A DNA stretch of 63,168 nt, counting the filler, from Vannella sp. (taxonomy: Eukaryota), in NCBI GenBank assembly GCA_023345925.1. It is 8 parts of 8 records of this genome, joined end to end, with 100 filler letters (N's around TTAATTAATTAA, not from the genome) between each part and the next. Parts side by side here need not be neighbours in the genome. Positions count along the whole stretch, not along the records: positions 1 to 17,803 come from JAJQQN010000949.1; positions 17,904 to 24,147 come from JAJQQN010001326.1; positions 24,248 to 32,607 come from JAJQQN010000481.1; 5 more parts are not named here. The stretch is one strand, 5' to 3'. Under the pieces are notes generated by a model. The model was not told the origin of the DNA, did not search any database, and saw only the letters and a program-made list of their open reading frames with translations. Both the position numbers and the translations under genes were made by a program. Below, in pieces: positions 13,922-24,508 of the stretch; position 1 is the stretch's first letter, and every line of letters begins with the position of its first letter.

Positions 13922-15023
13922 TCAAAAGCAGTGGTGGAACTCGCGATATGGTGTGGATGGTCCAAGGGTGTTGAAAAAGGATGCGGTCTCTTGGAATCGA
14001 TCGGGAGCGTTGATGCCAAAGTACCAGTAATACTCTACTTGCTGCTGGTTGTTCTCGGTGAGGGACTGTTGGAGACATCCTTGGGTCTTCAGAGAGTGAG
14101 TACAAAAGGCGTCTGGAGAGAATTCGAACCTTGTGCTCAGCAATGGACCAGGAAGCAATCACCATGTAGTTGTTTCTTCCAAGTGGCTGGGTGCGGTCAA
14201 AGGAGAAGGAGTAGTTGGAAGGTGCGTCAGCTACAGGGTATCCCGGCATTCCAGTGTAGGTGACAAGATTGGTTCCACCCACTACAACAGGACGGCGCTT
14301 GCCGGATGGAAGTGCATTCACCGCCTCAAGAGCAAGAAGAGAGGCTGCCTTATGCTCTCCATGTTGCCCTGATTCAGGAAGAACAACGATAAGATAGTCA
14401 TAATCCTCTTCCATCACGCATTAGCTCAAAACAAGAAACTCTCTTGTCCAACTCACTCTTCATCAGAACCTTATTCAGCTGGTAGAGCACAAGAGGAACA
14501 TCCCACCAAGATTCCAAAACGATGGTTACGTTGGTTGTGAACTCAACATCTGGCTCCCCAAGAAACTGGACATCATTCATCTGTAGTATCTGAGCAACCG
14601 TCAGAATGGTGACTTTCATCACTGAGGATTGGCTCACTCGCGCTGAACCAAGCATTTCGTTCTTGCGTATTCGAGGTAGTACCTTGCGGCCCACATCTGG
14701 GTCGGTTAGCTAGGACAGGTTTAGAGTTTGGTCACCGATTTGGTTTAGGACCGGACCTTTTCGTGATAGATCCATTCAGCGATCTCAGAGCAACTGTATC
14801 CTCCTTCCCCGTCTGTTATCACAACATCATCCACCTGCATGAGTGAGCCAAAGCGCCCTTCCATCCACACTCCCCCGCGTACCACCCCGCCAAGGTCATG
14901 AGCAATCTTGTAAAGCGCCCCAGCAAACATAGTCTCATCGTCAGGGTGAGCCTGTACAACCAACACATTCGGTCCAGCTGCCCACACACACGCAATCATC
15001 GCACAAAGCACCAAAGCCCTCAT
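13922..15023 (-). CDS. Secreted PIG-L/LmbE-family de-N-acetylase, spliced
   Basis: Signal peptide, then VLVVQAHPDDE, ITDGEGG, IRKNEM, HGEH and WSIAEHK|QG motifs across exons. Confidence 0.88.
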
Positions 15024-15135
15024 CCAACAAGAGGACCAAACAAATTGACGTTTTGCCACACTGAGAGAAAAGATCACAGCGAGTGGAAACTAAATAATAA
15101 TATTTAATAAATATGAATAAGTCCGAGTGGACAAG

Positions 15136-15867
15136 TCAGCACCGGCTGGTTCGTTTGCTTTTGGCTTCCTTTTGGAGGCACGAGTCGCTCATCTTCAAGG
15201 GGCTGCTTTTGCTGCGTTTGAGAGAACCGCCATTAGGCCCAGCAAGAATAGAGATCATACGAGAACTGCGTTGCGCTTGCGCCAGATGAAGGGGAGTGCT
15301 GCTTTGGTTGTTGGGAGCGTGGGGATCTGCGGAAACAGAAAGAAGGTAGCGCACGGCCTTTCGATTGTGATGTTCCACGGCCCAATGCAGAGCTGTGTTA
15401 CCGTCCTTGTCTTTCTGTTCAATGGAAGCCCCAGAGGAGACCAGGAGCTTTGCCATGGAGGAACCACGCACTTGGACTGACCAGTGAAGAGGGGTCTGCA
15501 AGAGGTCGTTTGTTTCGTCTGCACTTAAGCCATGTTGGAGAAGAAGCTTAGCAACAGGTCGGTTGTTTCCCAAGACAGCATAGTGAAGAGGAGAGGAACC
15601 AAGGTCGGATCGCAATCGAAGGCACTCAGGTCGCTTCTTGATGAGAATGGCAAGTTCCATCGCACACTCCTCAGTCTGTGCTTCATCGGTATTGGCACAA
15701 AGATTGACAATACGCGTCCACATCACCGGTCTTTGAGATAATGCTTCAAAAAGACCATGATCGCAGATGCTCCTCATCGAGGTTCTTCTGTTTCCAAAAT
15801 GGGTGTTGATCATCCGATCAATCTCTGAACCATCAAAATCTTTCTTGAAATAATGGCGATCGATCAT
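15136..15867 (-). CDS. Ankyrin-repeat protein
   Basis: SPLHYAVLG, QTPLHWSV, GNTALHWAV and STPLHLA. Start codon uncertain. Confidence 0.9.
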   Translation of the reverse strand: MIDRHYFKKDFDGSEIDRMINTHFGNRRTSMRSICDHGLFEALSQRPVMWTRIVNLCANTDEAQTEECAMELAILIKKRPECLRLRSDLGSSPLHYAVLGNNRPVAKLLLQHGLSADETNDLLQTPLHWSVQVRGSSMAKLLVSSGASIEQKDKDGNTALHWAVEHHNRKAVRYLLSVSADPHAPNNQSSTPLHLAQAQRSSRMISILAGPNGGSLKRSKSSPLKMSDSCLQKEAKSKRTSRC

Positions 15868-16596
15868 CGTTCTCCTCCTTTGTGTTTTGGCGCAAGGGTT
15901 GAATTATTCTGTCACGCCAACAAGATATTAGCTCCGGGCAACGGCAAGGTGAAAGGTGAGTCAGAGATCGAGGTGTCCCCTCTGGTGCCGCTCTTCCCCT
16001 TTCAACGTTCCGAACAAGCAGTTGGAAGCGCTCAGTCAGCGCTAAGTCACTGTAGTATACAATTACAGAACTGGGTGGTTCGCCGCAGGGGAACTTTGTT
16101 CGTCAGCTTCCTTCTTCTTCTCCTTTTCGTCGCGAGCTTCTCTACCCTGTCCTCCCTGAACCTCCTCCTCTCTCCATCTCCCAGTCAAATGACCCTCTAC
16201 AGCCGACAGTTCTGGTGGGAGCTTATCATTGACCTGTCGTCTTTGGAGAGCGAGGGAGACGTCACGACGTGCAAACACACCCAACAGGGCCCGCATTTGG
16301 CAGTAGACGATAGAGGGTACCTGTGTACTCTCAAAAGCCTGAGCCAAGAGCTCTCAGGATGCTGTGACGAGGCTACATCAGCTCGTTACTCATGCGATCA
16401 GTGCACTGAAGGATGCTGCTCAGCATACGAGCTTTGCGTCTCCTGCTGCCTTGGAACCCTGCAAAATGTTCCACATGGGATCAGTTCCTTCACGTTTTGC
16501 ACGGCCACGTGCCGAACCTCCTCTCGAAGCATACTCCCAGACCATCGCTTCTCCCAACCTGATCAGAAGTTCTGCTTCCTAAACACTCCAACATGA
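15853..16596 (+). CDS. SPRING1/C12orf49-like cysteine-rich type II membrane protein
   Basis: TM segment, then CKHTQQG..AVDDRGYLC, GCC, YELCVSCCL and CRTSSRS. Start uncertain. Confidence 0.8.
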   Translation: MAIDHRSPPLCFGARVELFCHANKILAPGNGKVKGESEIEVSPLVPLFPFQRSEQAVGSAQSALSHCSIQLQNWVVRRRGTLFVSFLLLLLFVASFSTLSSLNLLLSPSPSQMTLYSRQFWWELIIDLSSLESEGDVTTCKHTQQGPHLAVDDRGYLCTLKSLSQELSGCCDEATSARYSCDQCTEGCCSAYELCVSCCLGTLQNVPHGISSFTFCTATCRTSSRSILPDHRFSQPDQKFCFLNTPT

Positions 16597-16723
16597 CCAT
16601 GTACGACGAGCCTGACGAGGAAACCGAGGAGCTAGCTGAGAAGGAACGGAGGAAGGATGAACGAACTCGAAGTTTAGTGATCCATCGAGTTCTTGAGGAT
16701 AGAGAGTATACATAGACAAGACG

Positions 16724-17803
16724 TCACCGCGTTTCCATAAAGCTGGACATCAAGTTTCGTTTGGTACGACGAGGCAACACTGCAGGCTTGGGTTTAGGCT
16801 GGATCTTGGGCTTGGGGATGGGTGTGCCGAGGAAGTCTTCTCCTGGGATGTCACGGAAGGATGAGATCCGCGGAGGAGTTACTTTCTCAATGTCACTGCG
16901 CTTGCGAGGAGTGAGCGCCAAGCGGACGTAGCTGTTGCTTCGTTGAACCTTCCTCGCGGCGATGTCGTCGACCACACGCGAGTGCGAGAGGATTTGGCGA
17001 GCTGTTGGCCTTTTGAGATACTCAGGGTGCATCATATCATCAATCAAGCACCGGAAATCCTGCGAGAAGTGCTGTGGGAAGCGGTCCAGTCGAGTGACCC
17101 GTCCGTTTCGGAGTGTGTTCCAAGCTTCATCAGCCATAGGCATCTCAATGAGCGAGGCCAACTCGAACATTGTAGCGCCAAAGCTGAAGATATCAGCAGC
17201 CTTAGTCACGATGTCATCCATCGCCTCTGGGGCGAGATAACGGGAGTCTCCTTCGACCACATCCTCCGCATGTTCGGGACCAGCAAGTCCAAAGTCGCCT
17301 ATCTTGAGGTTGAGGTCCTTATCCATAAAGAGGTTACCAGGCTTGAGGTCATGGTGTACTAAGTCATGGTCGTGGATGTGGGACAGACCCAAAGCAATGT
17401 CGGTTAGGAACTTCCATAACAATTCTTCTTCCAGGTAGAGCCCGGGGCGGCCTCGCTGCCACTGGGTCATGTAGTGAGATAGTGAGCCTCCTTCACACCA
17501 TTCCATTTGGAAGTGAACGATCTGAGATTGCTCCCAGCAGAAGATGTAGGAGAGAACGTGAGGATGTGACAGCGTTTTGACGTATTTCAGCTCTTGTAGC
17601 AGCTTCTGGCGTTGTGTCTCACTGCACATAGGTCTCTTAAGCATCTTGATGGCATACCACTGCCCATCAGAGCGACTCAGAGCCTTAAAGACGTTGCTGA
17701 AGGACCCTTCACCAATCTTCTGGATGGATTCGAAGGTATCCAAGTGCGTCTCAGCCTGCCGATCACTCACTTTCGGTGTTAGAGAGTGAGAAAAGTGATT
17801 GGG
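16724..17803 (-). CDS. Wee1/Myt1-family kinase (5' truncated by contig end)
   Basis: IGEGSFS, YAIK, HHDLKPGN, IGDFG and EGDSRYLAPE (Wee1/Myt1 signature). Confidence 0.88.
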   Translation of the reverse strand, partial: PNHFSHSLTPKVSDRQAETHLDTFESIQKIGEGSFSNVFKALSRSDGQWYAIKMLKRPMCSETQRQKLLQELKYVKTLSHPHVLSYIFCWEQSQIVHFQMEWCEGGSLSHYMTQWQRGRPGLYLEEELLWKFLTDIALGLSHIHDHDLVHHDLKPGNLFMDKDLNLKIGDFGLAGPEHAEDVVEGDSRYLAPEAMDDIVTKAADIFSFGATMFELASLIEMPMADEAWNTLRNGRVTRLDRFPQHFSQDFRCLIDDMMHPEYLKRPTARQILSHSRVVDDIAARKVQRSNSYVRLALTPRKRSDIEKVTPPRISSFRDIPGEDFLGTPIPKPKIQPKPKPAVLPRRTKRNLMSSFMETR

Positions 17804-17903
17804 NNNNNNNNNNNNNNNNNNNNNNNNNNNNNNNNNNNNNNNNNNNNTTAATTAATTAANNNNNNNNNNNNNNNNNNNNNNNNNNNNNNNNNNNNNNNNN
17901 NNN
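17804..17903. other. Artificial contig linker
   Basis: 44 N + TTAATTAATTAA (stops in all six frames) + 44 N. Confidence 0.99.
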
Positions 17904-18447
17904 AGCGTAAATGCTTCCTCACAAAGTGGCGAGCCACGTGACTTCTTCTTTGTAGTCTTTCAATTCATTCAAGGTTCTTCCGCACCTTGACCATTTTCCG
18001 TCCCGTCAGGAAGAAAAACTGAACAATCATCCCAGAAAGGAAATGCTTTCGCCCAAATATGGAATTGAAACACCAAGCAGTGCTCGGCTTTTTCCTTCAA
18101 TTCCACTTTTCCTCTGCTCCATGATCGCTGCATCTCTTCCTCCCGCCCAGTTCACATCTCGAAGCTCAGCTACGTCTTCAACGCAAAGGAAACTGGGAGG
18201 CGCCTTTCTCAGTGAACAAGACTACATCACTGCCGTCAGAGATGGCATTCCTGGCGTCCTTCGGTCCCTCCAGCCCTCTAACAGACCTACACATCTGAAT
18301 CAAAGTTGACTGAAGCCCCACAACCCCAACGAAGCTCTCCCAGTTCAACTTTATCCTCTCCTAACCTTCTCCCCATCCCTTTATAAATAGCAATGGCATT
18401 TGTTCATTAAGTAGAGGATCGTTTCATTTGAAGGAGCTCTCCAAGGG

Positions 18448-19826
18448 ATGAGCTCAGGGCAACAGAGCAAACAGGATCGGACCGAGCAGTTTCCTTGGCC
18501 GTCTGATACGCCGTTGAGTCGGTTGATTCTTCAGAGTGGTAGCTTGAAGTCAAGCAAGTGTCCCTGTGCGAGCGTGGTTCGTTCGCATCACTTCAACCAG
18601 CAAGTGGACCTTTTCGTTCCTGTTTCTGGTGATGTGACCCCACAAGTGCGCGCTCTGGATGCAGAAGCATTCTTCTATAGTGTCAGACTTCCTCTTGAGT
18701 CGTTGGTGGTACCACACTTCCTTGATGAGTACATACGAGGAGATGGAAAGGAGTTCTATGCTCTATTGCACTCCGCACCAGTCGATCAGACTTCCACCCT
18801 TGCTTTCTATCCTCCAGGTGACACTAGCCTCTGTCTTTGACTAACTACGTTCACTGACTTAGAGTAGGGAAGCTTGTCATGTCCGTAGACGGCGATATGT
18901 ACGGGCAATTAGGGTTGACCGGCACTCGCGAGATGTTTCAGCCAAGCAGCGGGTCCCGCAAGAAGATTCATATGTTCCAACAGATGTATCGTACGTTTGA
19001 ACATAACTAACAACCGAGACTGACACCACCAAAGGCGTGGTTGTGGATATGTCGTCGCCTGACTTTGCCCCCGGTAATGTTCTGTACGATCGGTTCATCT
19101 GGTGCCTCAAAGATCGCATGCAGCCAGTAGATCTTCTGGTCAGCTTCTATCAAGATGGAAGATGTAGCCAAGTGGCCTTCCCCGCCGCTGCATTCCCCGC
19201 CAAACGGTTGGCACTCAAATCCTCCCACTCGGAGCACGCTGTTGTGGTCCCACAAGCCTGCCCTGGAGATGACATACCTTTTCTTACTGAAGGAGTGATC
19301 AACTCTTCCAAGAGTGGGCGCGAGAGTCCCGCAGAAGCGACCGCACACGAGTTTTTCCTTTGGCAAGGGTTCGCGGCTTGTGACGCTCTAACGTAAGACT
19401 CCCTTCCCTTTTGCTCCTTCTGACAGTGAAGCAGAGCTGTCCAACCTTCTTCAGATACCATGCAGTCTGTTATGTCCCACTTCCAGTCAGGGCTCGTCCT
19501 CAAAGAAGGCCCGCTCCAACGGCGACGTCTGGAAGGGTTCATTGCGCCCTCCCTGATTGAGACCTTCTTCCAAACTGCCAAGTGAGTTTGCGTGGCTGTT
19601 AGCGTCTCTCTGGAAGTAACAGACAACCAGACACTTGGTGGAAAGTGGAGAAGCGCCCTGGGCCTCTTTGAGGGTGAAAGGATTCCTCGATACTCCCGTC
19701 TCCTTCCGCGATTCGGCTCACTCTGCGCTGCTACAGCATGGTGATAACGACTACTCTATCCTTCTGTTGCCTGGAAACAAGTATTGGCTGTCGATCAACC
19801 TGGGTCCTCTCGATCAATACTCTTAA
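18448..19826 (+). CDS. RPP40: RNase P/MRP subunit p40, spliced
   Basis: HHFNQQVDLFVP, GKLVMSVDGDMYGQLGLTG and PWASLRVKGFLDTPVSF...GDNDY across exons. Confidence 0.85.
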
Positions 19827-19894
19827 GCTTCTAGTTTGCTTGTTCATTGGATTGCCAGACGGCAGTGGGTTCATAGAGAGGTGCATATCAATGC

Positions 19895-21438
19895 TTAGTA
19901 TCCTCGTGCGCGGTTGTTGACTCTCCAGTTCTTGTTGATGTCCCAAATCTTCTTGCCTCGTCTGCGAGCGCACATTTCTGGCGTTTCACTGGTCTGCAAG
20001 CAGCGAAGTAAAGCCTTAAAGCTACATTAGAAGAAGGAGAATGTTAGTACCACTCCAAAGCACCTCCAAAGTGAAGGGGAACGTACATATTATGATCGTT
20101 GCGGCGGCCGAAGGTCTTGATGCGAATATCAGTGAGCCCGAAGAGGTCGCAGATGGTCTGATGCTTGTAAGCACAGCGAACACCTTGCTTCTTAGCTAGT
20201 GGCCAAACGTAGACACGAGCGCGGCAGTACTTTTGCTTCGATTGGTAAGAAATGGAGTTGTCCACTCGGGCAACTGCAATCAGCTTCCTCTTGGCGTCCT
20301 TCAGGGCTGCAGAGAGAGCATCAGCAAAGCTCTCTCCTTTGCCATAGCCTAATCCACCGACACCATCACCATTTCCGACAAGGACAAGGGCGGAACTGGT
20401 GAAGATGCGTCCTCCTGTGGTTACTTTGCAGTGGCGGCCGGTCTTCAAGAGCATCTGATGCATAAAGTCGTCTCGGTATTGAACATCGTGCTCGGGAGGA
20501 GGCAGGCTCTCGATCGATCCCATGTCCAAGTTATCGTAAGGATCGGGAGGGCAGTCCTCCGTACTGGAGGTCCAGTCTGGGCCAGATTCGTCTACACTAA
20601 GAGGTTCTTCCTCATCATGAGAGATGCCGTTCTCATCATTGTCGTCCCGGGGACCTTTGTTGCCAGTGGGGGAGGCATCCTCTTGCACCACATCATCTCT
20701 GTCCTCGCCATCGTCTCCATCCTCGTCAAACAATGTCAATCTCTTGCGATCATCTGAGTCTCCTCCAGCACCATCCAGCTGCTTCTCTGTGGTCCAGTAG
20801 GGAGAGCGGAAGCGCTTGATTTTCTCGTATCTGCTGGCCGATTGCTCGTCTATCTCCAGATCAGAGTCCAGCTCTGAACCAGTATTATCTGAGACCCACT
20901 CTGAGGCGTCTGAGATGTTGAAGAGGCGAGGCAGGTAGTCGGGGATGTAGCCTGGCTCGCGGTGCTCTTGCATGCCCTCCTTGGAGACGTCCTTTGTTCG
21001 TCCTGTCTGCATGAGCATCTTGTGCCGATGGAAGTCGCGTTTGCCTGAGATCTGTCTCTCTTTTCTGAGATCCTTGGCTCTGCCTGAGACAGAGGGCATT
21101 GGATCCGTGTCCAGATAGTTCTTGTTGTACGCTTGGTAACGGGGGTTGTTCTGGAGCTCTCCATCGTCGTCTATATTCGACTCTACTCCAGATATACGTC
21201 CCATAAGATCTTCACGGGGGTCTTCACTCTCAACGTCAGAGTTCCAGACCCGACGGCGAGTTCCTCCTTCCGACTCGACGGTTTTCGTCCTGTTCTCCAG
21301 GTTCCAGTCCCGTTCCTCATCGTGCTTTGCCAGCATCCGGGCGAACTCAGGGTCATTCTCTTCTCCCTGTCCAGTACAAAACAATCGCGGCTGAAGCCAA
21401 ACAGGCCGACCCAAGCGGGCCAAGCTCAACCGCAGCAT
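19895..21438 (-). CDS. MRPS5: Mitochondrial ribosomal protein uS5m
   Basis: Presequence-like N-terminus; KVTTGGR..ALVLVGNGDGVGGLGYGKG. Last exon NIFKALL..ETPEMCARRRGKKI follows a GT-AG intron. Confidence 0.88.
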
Positions 21439-21849
21439 CGCCAAAGAATGACAAAAATCAACCTCCCTTTATAAATGAGTGTATTATTGCCAATGAACCG
21501 CATCATTGCAAACTTCAGCTGAATCTGAGGGATCTCTTTGGGGCACTCAAAAAAGCGAAATAATAAAATCAGGCCAAAAGCTTATCCTGAAGATGATTTG
21601 ACTGGGAGCTCCCAAAAATGAGTTCAGCTCACCAGCCCTCACTTTGGGACATCATTATTGACTCAAGGTCGTTGTTGTGGGACTGTGACCCCCCTCCGTT
21701 CGCATTGTCTTATCGATGATGAGATTTGAGTGACGGAGAGTACTTGTATCACCTGGAAGCATCCAGAAGGAGGGGGAAAGGGAGAAGGCGGGAAAAAGAA
21801 GTCGTTGCAAGTTGGGCGGGAGGAGGTTGTTATTGCTTGTTTCGGGGAC

Positions 21850-23497
21850 ATGGAGCGCAACAGAGCCAAGAGCCAAGTAGCTATGCCACAAATAGAATGC
21901 ATGACTCCCCCACCAAGCAGCTCGAGGAAGGTGCAGCTACCTGAGAAGGAAAACTGCCCTTCCCAACTCAACAAAGCCAGAATCCGGGTCACTCCCATCC
22001 GCCCCTCCAAAGAGGTCATCCGCAGAGCACCTAAGCCCTCTCCTATGTCGCTTGTCATGCAACAAGACCGTGCTACTACAAGATCCATCGGTGATCTCGT
22101 CCTCGTCGGGCCATTCCAACGGCCAATGGAGGAGCTGACGACTGTCTTCCGTCAAATGAACTACCGTATCTGTCCAAAAGTGACGGCAAGCACTGCCTTT
22201 GTCGTCAGCAACCTGTCAGACCGGAGTGACCCTTCATTAGCCGAGGCAATCTCTCTCAACATTCCCATTCTCTACGAATCCGAGATGTTTGAGCCTGAAG
22301 AGGACGTGGCTGATGATAGCACAGAGTCAGAGGATGAACTTGTCATTGATGACTCTCTGCTGGGAGACGACTCCGAAGAGGAGAAACCCGATTCTGGTGT
22401 TGTTCTCCGGATAGACACCGCAGATGACGACGAGATCCTGTCATGTGATAACGAAACGAATGTGGATGGTATTCCGCCTAGCGGTTCTCGCCTTCTGAGA
22501 ACCAGAATAGCGTTTATTGGCCGCTTTCTGACACCGTTTGTTCAATTGAGGCAGAGAGTGCTCGAAGAAGGTGGTGTGATCACCCCTGTTCAAGACCTGG
22601 CCCGTCCTGCTACCCATGTAGTACTCTCTAAAGACCTAGGAACCCGAGAGGAGTTCCTGAAGAAGTATTCTAACTTCTGGTGGATCCGCTCTGCCGTCTT
22701 TATAAGTGAAGAGAACCTGCTTTCCGTATGTGATGGCTTTGAGAAGATCAAAACGCCTAAGATACGCGAGCGCAAGCTCCCTGAGCAAGTTCCATCAACT
22801 ATTCAGTCTTCAATGCAGCTATTGAGTCTTTCCACTTCGGGACCCAGCCAGCAAGCAGGTGTAGGTAACCTTCACTATCCTCTTTGGAACACTCTAATAC
22901 CGTCCTCAGGTGTGTACCAAACGGAAAGAGAGGCCTCCGACCACCCCTAAAAAGGTAAAACCTCTTTTCTCCTTTGGAGAGTCTCCGGAGCGGAAGAAAG
23001 GGCGCTCAGAGGCCACCGAACGTGAAATCCAACAGCTTCAACAGTTCAAGTTCACCTCCACGACTCCCATTGGCGTCGCCCCCAAGCAAAAGAGATTCAA
23101 CTGCCTCAAAGCAGCAACGGAAGGAGACGTTTCCTTACTAACCTTCCCACTTCTCGCTACTCCGTCTCCCATGCCTGCTCCCATAGCACCTGAACGTGCT
23201 CCAGTGTTACTTGCAGGAAGAGAAGAGCTCATGCAATCCTCTGCTCCTGTGATAAGCACGATTTTGGAGGGGAAACGGTTCGTGCTTTTGGGCAAGTTCC
23301 AACGCAAGAAGCATCAAATCTGTGATCTGATTCTCTCCCACTCTGGTATCATTCCCAAGTCCAGTCATCTGTCGAATAAGGTGTCTTTTGTCCTTTACGG
23401 AACCGGCTCAGAAAGTACCGCCAAGTTCAAGAAGGCACAAGAAAAGCAGATTCCCACACTTACGGAAGACCAGCTCCTTGCCATGCTAACCAAGTGA
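21850..23497 (+). CDS. Multi-BRCT domain protein (intron 22859-22909)
   Basis: Three BRCT-like segments. The last reads LEGKRFVLLGKF..VSFVLYG..KFKKAQEKQIPTLTEDQLL. Confidence 0.75.
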
Positions 23498-23555
23498 TTG
23501 GCTCACCTCATCTCATGGACATCCTCACTGTATAAACGCACCTTCCTTCTCAACC

Positions 23556-24147
23556 TCATCCGCAAACTCCAGCATGTTTACCTTTAACCATGATTGAATC
23601 AAGATATGGCGCATTTCTTCTTCTGTGACGAGTGTTTGACTCGTTTGGTTCGATCCTACTTATGTGAGAGATATACTCCTTTGATTGTTTGCCGGGATAT
23701 CGCACATTCTCGGCCTGAGCCCCCACAGAGAGGAGAATTTCGGCAACCTCAAGGTGGTTTTGTTTGCGGGCCAATGTCAAAGGCGTCTGAATGCGGTTTT
23801 GTGAGGTTCTCCTCATCAGAGACTTTCAGAATAGTGATCAGTAGACCATTCACTTACGATCTAAACGAGACCCTTTGGTGAGCTCTTGGAGACTTGGGGG
23901 AGGAAAGAAATCCCCCAAGTCTGGTTGTGGCTCTTGATATCCCAAAAGCGTCGATGGGCTACTTACAGCCTTAAGTTGCGTGAGAAGGACTTTTTGTATG
24001 AATGAGAAGAACTTACTCCTTCTTGCACGTCAATGCCACGACGAGAAATCAAGTATTTCACCATTTCCACATTTCCTGTAGCTGCTGCCCATCCTAAAAA
24101 GGTCTAATAGCCTTTGAGTCATCTTCAAGCAGCATAGGAGCTCTCAC
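23556..24147 (-). CDS. Ankyrin-repeat gene 3' part, with two putative 3-nt micro-exons
   Basis: Exons 24103-24017 (TFLGWAAATGNVEMVKYLISRRGIDVQEG), 23969-23967 (A), 23860-23858 (I) and 23786 onward (TPLTLARKQNHLEVAEILL). Confidence 0.78.
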
Positions 24148-24247
24148 NNNNNNNNNNNNNNNNNNNNNNNNNNNNNNNNNNNNNNNNNNNNTTAATTAAT
24201 TAANNNNNNNNNNNNNNNNNNNNNNNNNNNNNNNNNNNNNNNNNNNN
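24148..24247. other. Artificial contig linker
   Basis: Same N-TTAATTAATTAA-N spacer. Confidence 0.99.
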
Positions 24248-24508
24248 AGGCGAGATTGAAGTGTCCGCCACTCTGCCCATCCACCAGGAGACAGAGCCAG
24301 CCTCTTCTTCACCGCGCCCCGAGCTCCCTTCCAAGCCATCCCTCAAACAATGACCAAAAATCACAAGAAACCAAGCAATTGAATGTGATATTCGTAACAT
24401 TATCATGCAATCATTGCATTAGAATTAGTAGAGGGGAAATGTGTCGGCAGGTGAATTGCCATTTGGGGAGGGGAAATGGACGTCATTGGTTGAGGGGATT
24501 GGGCCTTG

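Noticed and set aside
13807..14019. N-terminal extension of the 1160-aa ORF
   Set aside because: It starts at a non-ATG codon and overlaps the last exon of the deacetylase. The first ATG is at 13806.
17804..17903. Seven identical TTAATTAATTAA sites within N runs, as a biological repeat or PacI array
   Set aside because: The fixed 44+12+44 structure with six-frame stops is an assembly concatenation linker.
18043..18309. 88-aa ORF
   Set aside because: No recognisable motif or convincing splice partners.
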